Positions 24,669-35,854 of a stretch of DNA of 64,000 nucleotides are shown piece by piece. Within the stretch, counting starts at the first letter, position 1. Each line of letters starts with the position of its first letter. Origin of the DNA: Octopus vulgaris (lineage: Eukaryota); assembly GCA_951406725.2 (NCBI GenBank), contig OX597819.1, positions 35,526,001 through 35,590,000 on the forward strand, written 5' to 3'. The notes under the pieces are model-generated. The model saw only the letters and a list, made by a program, of their open reading frames with translations. It made no database searches and had not been told where the DNA came from. The position numbers and the translations under genes are program-made.

Positions 24669-26877
24669 TTTTGACAAAAAAATTGTTAAACAAGGTTTAT
24701 ACACCACAGTTTATTTTACTGCATTCATAACCAACTTTAGGTTATACATAAGAGTGGTGCATGCAAAGTCAGAAAAATCAATGGAATCAATGAAAAATTT
24801 AATGTACACATCTTTTCTCTTCAGGCGCTGTTGAAGAACAGTACAACTTTGAAACTTAGAGAGTAAACTGAAGTTGAACCGATGGTGAACAAGCCAACAC
24901 TCAAAGATCTGTTAATTTCAGGGGTCAACTAAAGTCTAGTAGAAACTCGTGTATTTAGTATTTAGATTTTATTATAAAGTCTATGCTACAGGGAATAAAA
25001 ATTTAGGTGGACAAGATGAACATCTGAGATGAAGCCACAAACTGAAAATTCACTAAAAGTATAATAATTGATAGATTTAGAGGTGGAAGAAGCTTTGAGG
25101 ACTGCTACATATGCTGGAAACAAAGAAGAGACTATAAAAAGGATGATACTCAATCAAAGGGAAGCACAAAAAATAGATGCATTTCTAAAACAAGAAGTCA
25201 AAGGGAACAGAGTTTGGTCTCTTTATGATGTATGATAAACTTTTGACAATGGATGAATGCAAAAAAAAAAAAAAAAAAAAACTAACAGAACCCCCCACCC
25301 CCTCCAAAACAACAAAGCTTTAAAGGTATTGGTAGATTTATGCAAAAGAGATACAAGCATATAAAGGATTAAAACAGAAGTTCACAGAGTTTCAAGAATG
25401 AAACAGTAAGATTAAGATACTTGTAGATGTGTTGCAGACACTATCATCTCATGTCACCATATTGATGGTAATTTGGTAAAAATACAATTGGCATGTGGCA
25501 TAGTGGTTAGGATATTTGGCTTATGATCACAAGGTCATGGGTTGAATTCCAGGATCAAATGGTGCATTGTCTTCTTAAGCAAGGTACCTCATTTCACATA
25601 GCTCCTGTCAACTCAACTATGAGTATCAGTTGGTGTGCCAGTGCAGCTGTCCCTCCTTCCAGCTATCATATCCTGGATGCTTCACTATTTCAAAGGTAAG
25701 AGGACCAAGGTGACAATGTCTACTTGCAACTATAGAAGCACCCAAGATAATCAGTGAAAGCATAATAAATATTACTAAAACATACTCGTTTATGAGTGAC
25801 GACTGGCTGTATTATACATAATAAACACGCCAGACATAATAAAATTAAATAAGATTACATCAATTCTTAACTCATATTTGAGCATTTATTTAATCACCTA
25901 TAACTCCTGCCTCACACTCTTGTGAAAGTATCCACTCTTTCATCCCCTCCAATGACCCACTGTTTGTATTCTCTCTTGATACTCACCCTCTTGTACCTTG
26001 ACAGTTTGCTCTAGTACCCACTGCTTCCTTTAATCTTCGTCAGCCATGTATCTCCCCTATAGCAAGACACCTGTGCTTGTCTGTCTATCATACTTTAGCC
26101 TCTCAACACCTGGCATCAAGCCACCCACTTTCACATTCCATTCTCAAATACAACCCTCTTAGTAGTGAAGATTTAAAAAAAAAATTTTTTTTTTACCTTT
26201 TACCCTGATCTGTCTTGCAAGTTATTTGGCAACCTCACTAGGGCCAGTGGCAGGAAAGAAAATACCCAATACTTTGTAAAGTGGTTGGTGTTAAGAAAGA
26301 CATATAGCTGTAGATGCCTAGCCAAAGCTGACATTGGAGTTCAAACACAATCTTGTTGCTTTCTGGATATCTGTCAAACTGTCTAACTCATGCTAACATG
26401 ACAAATGGATGTTAAATGATGATGAATGTTTTCAATTTAATTTTATTAACACCATATTGAGTGAATCTACAAAAATGTATTCCATTTAAATACTGAACAA
26501 GCTAGAATGCTAAAATATTAAATGGCTAATGAGTAGCTGATACTTACAAGAAATTGAGTTTGAAGGTCTTGTACTTTCTTGTAAATATTAGTGTTTGGAA
26601 CAACTCCACTATTAATCTTAGTTCCAAGTGGTGTTCTCAAGCTATTAAACAAACACTAGAGCAAACCAAAAAAAAAAGAACAAATTCAAATTTAGAAATG
26701 AAATACAATTTTGAAGTTAACAAAGTAATAGGGAAAATAAGAAACAAACAAAAAAAAATTCTCTAATTTATTAAACATGCATTTGAGCAGCATTTCATTG
26801 GCCTTTACATTTTGAGTTCAAATTCTACTGAGGTCGCAAATTGCTGGCCTTGTGCTAAAATTGGAAATCAATATTAA

Positions 26878-27480
26878 CCCTTTCACATTTAATTCAGCTA
26901 TATCCAGCCCAAATGTTCCATCCGTTTTATGTTCAAATCAGCCAGATCTGGTCTCTCACACCTATTGTATGAAATCATTCTAAAGGTAAACAGGATCTTT
27001 TCGGTTTGAACGGCAGTTTTTTCTAGCGGTGTCATATGAAATTGTCACCCATAATTATTACTCTAGTATTGATCTATTGCATTTCAATCTGTTTTAGGGT
27101 TAGGAGTGGGGGGAAGGGTATCTTTTTTTCTTCACAAATGTAAATAAACCCAATCTGTTTCTTAAAGGAGGGACATATTCATACGGCACAGAATGTTTTT
27201 TACCTCAAAGGACGTCATTGATTGGTTGAAATTGCAGAAATTGAAGAAAAAACAACAAATTTCTTACAAACCATAGAATTTTCTCAATAAAGCCAAGAAA
27301 AAAGATGTTTTATAAACACATTCTACCAGTATACGAAGTTTAAAATGTTTTAGTTACTTAGAAATTAAGTTAAAAACTGCCATTCAAACCGAAAAGATCC
27401 AGTAAATAATCAGATCACTGTAACATCAAAGCTACAAGATAATGCATGATTAATTTAAAACAACATGAATAAATAAGCAC
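26878..27480 (+). mobile_element. piggyBac-like MITE family A (3'-incomplete), host of MITE copy 2
   Basis: TTAA-CCCTTT start; body matches 43435-44009 and 59232-59878 once the insertion is removed. Confidence 0.6.
26993..27400 (+). mobile_element. MITE copy 2 (GGATC TIR family)
   Basis: Same TIRs; TSD GGTAAACA/AGTAAATA (6/8). Confidence 0.92.
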
Positions 27481-27977
27481 ACACACACAAAGTTTTTCTT
27501 TTAGTTTCCATCAACCAAATTCACTCACAAGGATTAAGTCAGCCTGGAAATACTGAAGACACTTGGTTAAGGTACCATGCAGTGGGACTGAAACTGAAAC
27601 CATGGCTATGTGGTTGCAAAGCAAACCACATCAATGCCTGTGATATAGCTGTACAGATATAGTTGAGAGGGTGGGGTGGAAAGACAAAAATTTTGAAAAA
27701 AAAAAAAGGACAAAAGTTTTGAAAGTTTGCCATTGGGTACCCAGTGGAATATTACCAAGAATTATTGCATGGAAATTTTCATTTTGGTCACATAACTTTC
27801 CATTTAGTTAGATGACTTTACAAGTTCTGTTGTCTTATAATTCTTTTGTTTAACAATGTCCAACTAAATTTGTTCACATACTGAAGTCAACAACATTATT
27901 TCTAGATCTTTTTCAACCACATATTTCAGTTAAAATATAGCGTCTTGTATTTTACAATGATAATCAAATCATTAGTG

Positions 27978-28378
27978 GGATCTTTTCGGTTTGAACGGCA
28001 GTTTTTAACATAATTTCTAGGTAACTAAAAAATTTTAAACTTCGTATACTGGTAGAATGTGTTTATAAAACATCTTTTTCTCTTGGCTTTATTGAGAAAA
28101 TTCTATGGTTTGTAAGATATTTGTTGTTTTTTTTCTTCAATTTCTGCAATTTCAACCAATCAAATACGTCTATTGAGGTAAAAAAACATTCTGTGCCGTA
28201 TGAATATGTCCCTCGTTTAAGAAACAGATAGGGTTTGTTTACATTTGTGAAAAAAATAAGATACCCCTAACCCTAACACAGATTGAAATGCAATAGATCA
28301 ATACTAAGGTCATAATTATGGGTGACAATTTCATATGACACCGCTAGAAAAAAACTGCCGTTCAAACCGAAAAGATCC
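27978..28378 (-). mobile_element. MITE copy 3 (GGATC TIR family), inverted
   Basis: Same TIRs, reversed internal sequence (CCCTAACCCTAA); flanked by a 38-bp duplication. Confidence 0.92.
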
Positions 28379-28996
28379 GCGTCTTGCATTTTACAATGAA
28401 GATCAAATCATTAGTGATCAAAAAGACAAAATACTTTTTTTCCCATGGCTACTCTAGCAGATATGAAGATCAGCCGAATAGTATTTAATCAAAATTACAT
28501 GTCAAATTAGATAACACCTTGATTATTTATTGGTTGCTTTCTTTTAAAAGCGATAGCGTCATTGCGTGCTAATGTAACAAGGAAATACATAGATAGTCAC
28601 ACCTATTTAAAGCACAAAATTTAAGCCTAAACAATAATTGTCTCCCTTTAAACGTAAATTGCATTAAATGCGTTTGACTTTGCCCACTTCTGTTGCACAG
28701 GAGGGTAAGATTTTGTGACTAAAGAAGTTCACAAAAGAACAGTGTGGAAATGTGCAACAGAAAATATATTTTAGTCAATAATTTTGGGTGATTGATTTAG
28801 AAGTGTATTTATATACACTTCTAAATCAATGACCTTCGGCCCTTCAATTATGGGATAAGGATTTTCCCCACTTTAATGGAATTAAGGAAACACCAGCCTT
28901 GTCTCAATAGGATTACATTAATGACAATCCTTCATATTACGGTATAGAAATAAGATTTTATAAATAAAAAAATCTATATTTAATATTGATAGTATT

Positions 28997-29296
28997 CTGT
29001 TGTGTCTGGGGAGAGTCATTCTCTTTTAGTGCCTTATTATTTAATACACTCACCGGTAAAAATTCCACTTATTTCTTATTTTTATTTTCTAAAATTTTCG
29101 TTGCGACTTGCAACCTTTTCAAGTCTTGACTCTGTCCATTATTTTTAAGTCAAGACTACTGAAACGGTTGCAAGACGCAACGAAAATTTTAGAAAATAGA
29201 AATAAGTGGACATTTTACCGGTGAGTGTGTTAAATAATAAGGCACTAAAAGAGAATGACTCTCATAAAGGGTCTTGCAAACCAAATCCCAAAACGA
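28997..29296. mobile_element. Fold-back insertion with 15-bp TSD (possibly Penelope-like terminal repeats)
   Basis: Inverted arms ~29011-29131 / ~29147-29263; TSD AATATTGATAGTATT at 28982-28996 and 29297-29311. Confidence 0.75.
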
Positions 29297-30536
29297 AATA
29301 TTGATAGTATTGTTTGATAGAAATGTAGTAGTGACTCTACCAGATTATCTTAAAGAATGTTTCATCGCCTTTACAAGAATTTAGTGGTGTCACCAACAAC
29401 CTACTTAATAATAAAATATAATTAAGTGTGCACATTCATTAGAAATTTAAGAACATTCGTATTTGTTGACATTATTTCTCTTTGTATTTTCTGTTGAGTT
29501 TTACAGTCGTATTATGGGGGACTGCCGTTTTAATTTATGAACGTAACATTTCCTTCCTGAAACAAACGGCATTAATTAGCATCATTAAGAAATATTTGAA
29601 AAAACACTTAAGATATATATTCAGATAAGGTGGAGGGTAAAAAAGCTTTCGAAAAGAGTGATGAACTATTTACAGTAAGTATTTTTATATGCTCTAACTA
29701 GAAGACCTGATAAATAATTTAGTGGTGAGTTAATTGAGTTGTGCATTACAGCTTCAACTAATGATTTCCTTGCCGGGGAATAATTTTGTGATGTGAATAA
29801 ACGACATTCACTTGGACGATAAGTAAATCTTGCTAAACAGGTAAGTCAATGTCGAAAGATATGGTTTAAACAGGAAGACCATTCAAATAAACTTGATAAG
29901 AAAAATATGAAATAAAAGGTGGAGAAACGATCATGTATGTAATCGCGTCACAAGAAAAAAAATATTTAACAATTCTTATTTACTTAATTGCTTCATTTTC
30001 CAATAATTAAATCTGAAGCTCAAAGTGCACATATTTCAATGCCAACCAAGGTCGTCCTGTCCGCTACGCTGACGTTTATAGTCAAAGTTGTCCTGCACGT
30101 AACCCTCTATTCTTTCTTTCAGAGACAAACATGTGTCAAGTATTACACTAATTAGTGTGCCCTTTCCCCTTTCAAACAGGGGGCGAATTTAGGTAGATTT
30201 CTCTATTATTTCGAGCTGGTCAAGCAAAATCACGTAGACATTGGCTCGTGTTGACTTTAAGGCATTACACTTTCCTATTAACTTCAAATTATCTAAAACG
30301 TCTCTGAATATTTTGAGCAACTGTAAGTTTACATCAATAAATATAAATTTCATCAATACATATATCTATACAGATAAAAATCACACATATTTATATAATA
30401 ATTACCCTTGCCACTCTCATTTTTGCTGCTAGATGTTGATAACTTGAAGCGGACACAGAGCTGGGCTAAGCACGCATGCGTAGTTTTGTAATACATCCGG
30501 TATACATCAACCCATCCCTTCTCCAACACATATACA

Positions 30537-30562
30537 CATCTATCTATCTATCTATCTATCTG

Positions 30563-30641
<79 letters not shown>

Positions 30642-30726
30642 GTCTATCTATCTATCTGTCTATCTGTCTGTCTGTCTGTCTATCTATCTGTCTGTCTATC
30701 TATCTGTCTGTCTATCTATCTATCTG

Positions 30727-30805
<79 letters not shown>

Positions 30806-30834
30806 GTCTGTCTAGCTGTCTGTCTGTCTATCTA

Positions 30835-30905
<71 letters not shown>

Positions 30906-30927
30906 GTCTGTCTGTCTGTCTATCTAT
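30537..30927. repeat. Compound microsatellite (TCTA)n/(TCTG)n/(TC)n, 5' flank of LINE
   Basis: Direct inspection. Confidence 0.95.
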
Positions 30928-32700
30928 TTTGATAGTATTCGTTGAGAGATCGGCTCGTAAGTTAACTGCTTATTTTATTGTGTTTCTCGAAAAGTTTCGT
31001 TGTAAATTTTGCACACGGAGTGTGTAAGACATCCAGCTGTCGTCTGGGTATGTTTTCCGGAGGGGATTTTGCCCCCTAGGAGCATTTTCAGCCTCGAATA
31101 TATTTCACAATTTTTGCTGCAATAACTTGTTTTTTCACATAATGTCCGGCTAAGTGTTTCTAGTAAATTACGGAAACGCTATTCTCTCTCTCTCTCGTTT
31201 GCATCCATTGTTTACGTTCTACATTGTCGGAGTGTTTTAACTTTTCAAACGCCCAACTTTCGTTTGAGTCTTTTTTAAATATAGAAATCGCCCATAAAGG
31301 GCATTTTCAATCTATTTTTATTTTTCTTGAAACAAAAAAAAAAATAATAATAATAATAATAATGTCAAGAAATTCTTATAGTAGAAAAATATTCTACTCT
31401 GTTTTCTGAAGAAGACTTTCCCAGTTTGCAAAATACAAATCGGCAAAGGCGTTGACAGTAAAATGGATAATACTGAAACCACCACCACCAACATAAATGA
31501 TAGAAATGGAACTGACACAAACACCATTAACAACAACAACAACAAAAATGAAATAAATATTATATCATCCAATAGTGAAGATAATATTAACATAACAGAA
31601 ACAACAGTACCTGAAAAAGCCACGCCCAAGAATATTTCGGATACAACAACAACAAAAACACACAACGACAACAACTGCCAGAATAGAACTGTGAATTTCG
31701 CTGACACCCTGCGTCAGAAAAAAGAAATAATAAAATTCACAAATGAAGAGTTGATAGAAACAAGAGAGCACCCTTCACAACCTCAGGACAGGATTTTGTA
31801 TTGCATAAAGGAACAAATAGAAAACAAAACGATTATATATAAAATTATAAAAAAACCCCAACAAAATGAACAAAAGTAGTAGAAGGAAAAAGCCAAGATG
31901 CTACAACTGTGGCAGTCCAGAACACTTAATTGCGAAGTGCGCTCTGGGACAGAAAAAACAAGAAAGAACAAATCAGAAAACAAATAAAAAACCTTTGTTG
32001 CCAACACCAACACACTCAATTATGGAACAATGCCAAGAAAAACAACAAACCAGCAAACAAACCTCAACAACATCACCAAGAAAAGAAACAGCACCAACAC
32101 AATTACCGTTGACGTCGCAACCAATTAAAGATACTAAACCAACACCAAAAGACAGACCAACACCAGCACCAAGGACGACAACTAAAATAACAGAAAACAT
32201 TGACGAGAAGACATATTTTACCCCTAACACCACAACAACACAAATACCGCATAAAACATCAACAATTTCTACAAACATACATATTAACGCAAATGCTTTG
32301 CCTTTACCCCCTTCTGATTCGTCAGACTCATCATCCAACGACAAAAGTTTGACGGAATGGCAAATAGCCACAGGGGGTAAAAGGAAAAGATCAAAAAAGC
32401 CCACCAAACAAGTAAGTAAAGCAGGGAGATATTTAACTCTGGACAGCATCCTCTTAGACAATCAAAACATCAATGACCCCGCAAAACCACACACACAACT
32501 AACAGCAATAGACACGGACAATAAAAAACTAATGGATTACATTGCATCCAACGCGAACATCTGTGAAGATGACTTTAAGACAAATAATCATCCGCGCACT
32601 ACACCACCAAAACACATAAGAATTGTACACATAACACAAACACAACACCACACACTGAAAACCATATTTCCAAATGCGGTAGGGGTGTTTCAAAGATACC

Positions 32701-33196
32701 TGTAGTGACGTCATATTCCAATGTGCGCACACGCAACGTCATTCTTCAGTGTGCGTGTGCGGGGTTGGAACCTTCTGGAAAGGCATAAGGAAGTTCCCTC
32801 ATGCACATGCGCTAGAGACTGAGGAAGAAATTCTATTTGCGTTCCTTAATAGCATCGGGGACTTGAGACACGGCGATAGAAGAAAAAGGACGTATTTTCA
32901 AACGTGTGATCAGCCTATTCTCCTGTCCCAGACGCTTAGGATTTAACCTGTTCTATTAATGCTGAATTGTTGTAAGAAGCTTACAAACGTTAGAATTCAG
33001 CCTTGCTGTGTTGAACTAGGTGGATACCAGTATACCATTGTGTTTCATTGTTGAACCAAGAGAATAAAGAATCGTATATATTTTTAAACTTGCGTTTCAT
33101 TCCTGACTGGTAGTTTCTAGAAACAAAAGGAAAGGAAATTGTGTTGCACCCAAGTTGCACCCCAAAAGTGTAAAGAAGCAACCAGTTCCCTTTACA
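32701..33196 (+). repeat. 5' LTR (496 bp)
   Basis: TGTAGTGACG...CCCTTTACA, direct repeat of 35291-35704. Confidence 0.95.
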
Positions 33197-33197
33197 G

Positions 33198-33215
33198 TGG
33201 TGACCCCGATGTGAT
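33198..33215 (+). promoter_or_regulatory. Primer-binding site complementary to tRNA-Trp 3' end
   Basis: TGGTGACCCCGATGTGAT, 17/18 to the tRNA-Trp PBS TGGTGACCCCGACGTGAT, 1 nt after the LTR. Confidence 0.85.
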
Positions 33216-34454
33216 GGTCATAGACCATAGAACATTTAACTGAAATCTAGTTTCTACCAACAGTTATAAAAGGAGCCTCTCTTATCTTCCGCAATAATGA
33301 CGATGCTAACATACACCAGCAACACAGGACATTTACACCACGGACGCCTTCATCTCAACGATGCCTTTCTCTGCCGTTGTCATCACCATCGTCATCCTTC
33401 AACTTCACGTCGTCTCCATCTTCGTCACCAGCAACACTAATATGTACTTTATTATGAACTGAGCAGCCACGTGTCTCAAGTCCACCACTGTCGCCTTCAC
33501 CACCGTTGACCTCAATGATATGTATACAGTTAACAGCACAGCACTACCTGCGAGATCTTCTGTACCAATGTAACCTGGCACAGCATTGAAGCCACAACCG
33601 CTACACGACGTGTTCAACCGGCATCTGCACTTGTGATCCCAACATCCTGTTACAGAACGAACTGCTATTTTTGTACTTTACTACTAACTGGTAAATTAAC
33701 TCCATCTTGTCTGAAATACCCTGAGAGACTTTTCCTATGCACTGTATTTTGTTTTGCCCGCATACACCTTGTTTGTACTTCTGTCGCACACACGAACACA
33801 CATAGTTAATACACACACAAATGCTATCTCTGTCACATTCATACGCCACACATGCCTTTCTTGCTTGTTTTCCATGCTCAATGTGCCCTTGTAGACACAA
33901 CTCATCTCTGTAAGACCCTAGGTTGGTCACGCATACATAGAGAAAGTTGTTTGTCCCTTACAACGCGCCAGTATGCCACACTTTTGTTCCTGCACGACCG
34001 AGGCATATAATAGCTCAAGCACTGGCTGGCAGCCTCAGCCTTACTGCATTAATCATTGGCATATTCAATACTGTATACTGTATTTCAGCCTAGCAAGCCC
34101 TATTGCACTCATGCACCTCTGTTCTGCACGTGTACTTCCTTGTTTTGCAACACGTCTGCGTCAGCTCAATTCTTCTCCTGACTCAAAGAACGTTGGATGT
34201 TCACATGCGCTGCGCTCATGTTTAGGCATAATTTCCCCCTGTTAGACCCCTGTTGGTCACGTAATTAACAGAGAAAATTATCTGTCTCGCGCATCACTCC
34301 AGCATGCTTACACTGTCGCCCTTGCTAACCTTACTCTTTCAGCTGAAGCACTTTCTGCCTTTGAGTTACTAGCGATCCATCTGTCAATTCCATTTCCTCT
34401 CCTGCAGCAATTGAGTTAACTGCTATTTCGCAGGATCAACCACCTTTAGCGGAG

Positions 34455-34913
34455 TTGGATTTAACTTCGCCCAAGTTTATCAATTGTAAGTTTGCCTACC
34501 ATCCGCTTCTTTCAGCAGAAGGCTCTATTCTTTGTGACGTCTCCACCGGTTCTCCTAGACCGTTAGTACCTGAGAAACATCAACGTTCTGTTTTTGATGC
34601 TCTTCATTCATTGTCACATCCAGGTATCTCTGCCACATTAAAGCTTGTTACTGCTCGGTTCTTTTGGCCCAATATGCGACGATCGATTACCTCTTGGGCA
34701 CGCTCTTGTTTAAAGTGCCAAAGTGCTAAAGTCCATAGACATGTTTTTGCTCCACTTGGACAGTTTTCTTTTCCTGAGGCCCGTTTTCGCCATGTCCACC
34801 TTGATTTGGTTGGACCATGGTCTGTGAGTAACAGGTTCTCATATATATTTAACTTGTATCGATCGTTCCTCACGTTGGCCGGAAGCTATTCCTATTCACA
34901 CATGCACCTTTGA
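34455..34913 (+). pseudogene. Gypsy integrase remnant (H2C2 zinc domain and start of catalytic core)
   Basis: LHSLSHPG...FFWPNM...CLKCQ...RFRHVHLDLVGP; frameshift before DRSSRWPEAIP. Confidence 0.9.
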
Positions 34914-35277
34914 CAACACCACCATTTACACATGCACCTTTATCAACACCAACATCGGCAACACCATCTTTGTCGTCGCAGCCTGCCTCGAACAAACCTT
35001 ATGTTACGAGGTCAGGCAGAACTGTTCACTGGCCGAAGAAACTTTCAAAGACGATTTATATTTAACATTCTCAATTGACTTCCCAGTGACAGTTACGATA
35101 CTAATTGAACTTTGTTCATTTGAGTATTATTTTTTCTTTTCCTTTGCTGCATGCTTGTTTATATTATGGATTTTATTTTTTTTTTAATTTGTCATATTGT
35201 GTGCCATTTTGGTGATTTGGTATCCACCTTATATTCTGAAGCCACTACAAGGAATTTTGTTTCGTGCTTCTGCACTC

Positions 35278-35288
35278 GAGGGGGAGCC
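35278..35288 (+). promoter_or_regulatory. Polypurine tract
   Basis: GAGGGGGAG just upstream of the 3' LTR. Confidence 0.75.
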
Positions 35289-35290
35289 TT

Positions 35291-35704
35291 TGTAGTGACG
35301 TCATATTCCAGTGTGCGCACACGTAATGTTATTCTTCAGTGTGCGTGTGCGGGGTTGGAACCTTCTGGAAAGGCATAAGGAAGTTCCCTCATGCACATGC
35401 GCTAGAAATTGAAGAAGAAATTCTATTCGCGTTCCTTAATAGCGTCGGATTTAACCTGTTCTATTAATGCTGAATTGTTGTAAGAAGCTTACAAACGTTA
35501 GAATTCAGCCTTGCTGTGTTGAACTAGGTGGATACCAGTATACCATCGTGTTTCATTGTTGAACCAAGAGAATAAAGAATTGTATATATTTTTAAACTTG
35601 CATTTCGTTCCTGACTGGTAGTTTCTAGAAACAAAAGGAAAGGAAATTGTGTTGCACCCAAGTTGCACCCCAAAAGTGTAAAGAAGCAACCAGTTCCCTT
35701 TACA
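35291..35704 (+). repeat. 3' LTR (414 bp; 82-bp deletion relative to 5' LTR)
   Basis: 13 substitutions counted by eye versus the 5' LTR. Confidence 0.95.
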
Positions 35705-35854
35705 CTATCAAAGAAACTATTCAAACACCTCCTCAAAGACACTACAAAAGAAGAAGAAAAAACTGAAACTTTCGAAATGAGTAAGTGACCTTCCCTCTTG
35801 CCTCTTGTCTCTTCCAATGTAGTGTGTGAAACACAAATTTCTTAAACGTCAATT

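Larger units (their letters stand above)
32701..35704 (+). mobile_element. Non-autonomous, internally deleted Gypsy-type LTR retrotransposon
   Basis: Two TG...CA LTRs, PBS, PPT and integrase remnant; no gag, PR or RT recognisable. Confidence 0.92.
31463..35788 (+). pseudogene. LINE ORF1 (gag-like, CCHC knuckle), frameshifted near 31866 and interrupted by LTR element 32701-35704
   Basis: CYNCGSPEHLIAKC knuckle; N/T-rich low complexity; frame resumes at 35705 as LSKKLFKHLLKDTTKEEEKTETFEMSK*. Confidence 0.75.

Noticed and set aside
30935-30952. GTATTCGTTGAGAGATCG resembling GTATTGGTTGAGAGATCG at 39724
   Set aside because: The second is part of a separate SINE head beyond the microsatellite; geometry does not fit a TSD, so probably chance
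30476-31027. Long ORFs of YLSI/IYIY/HTHT/MYVC type here and at 45.2, 48.2, 50.9, 55.9 and 62.8 kb
   Set aside because: Stop-free translations of microsatellites
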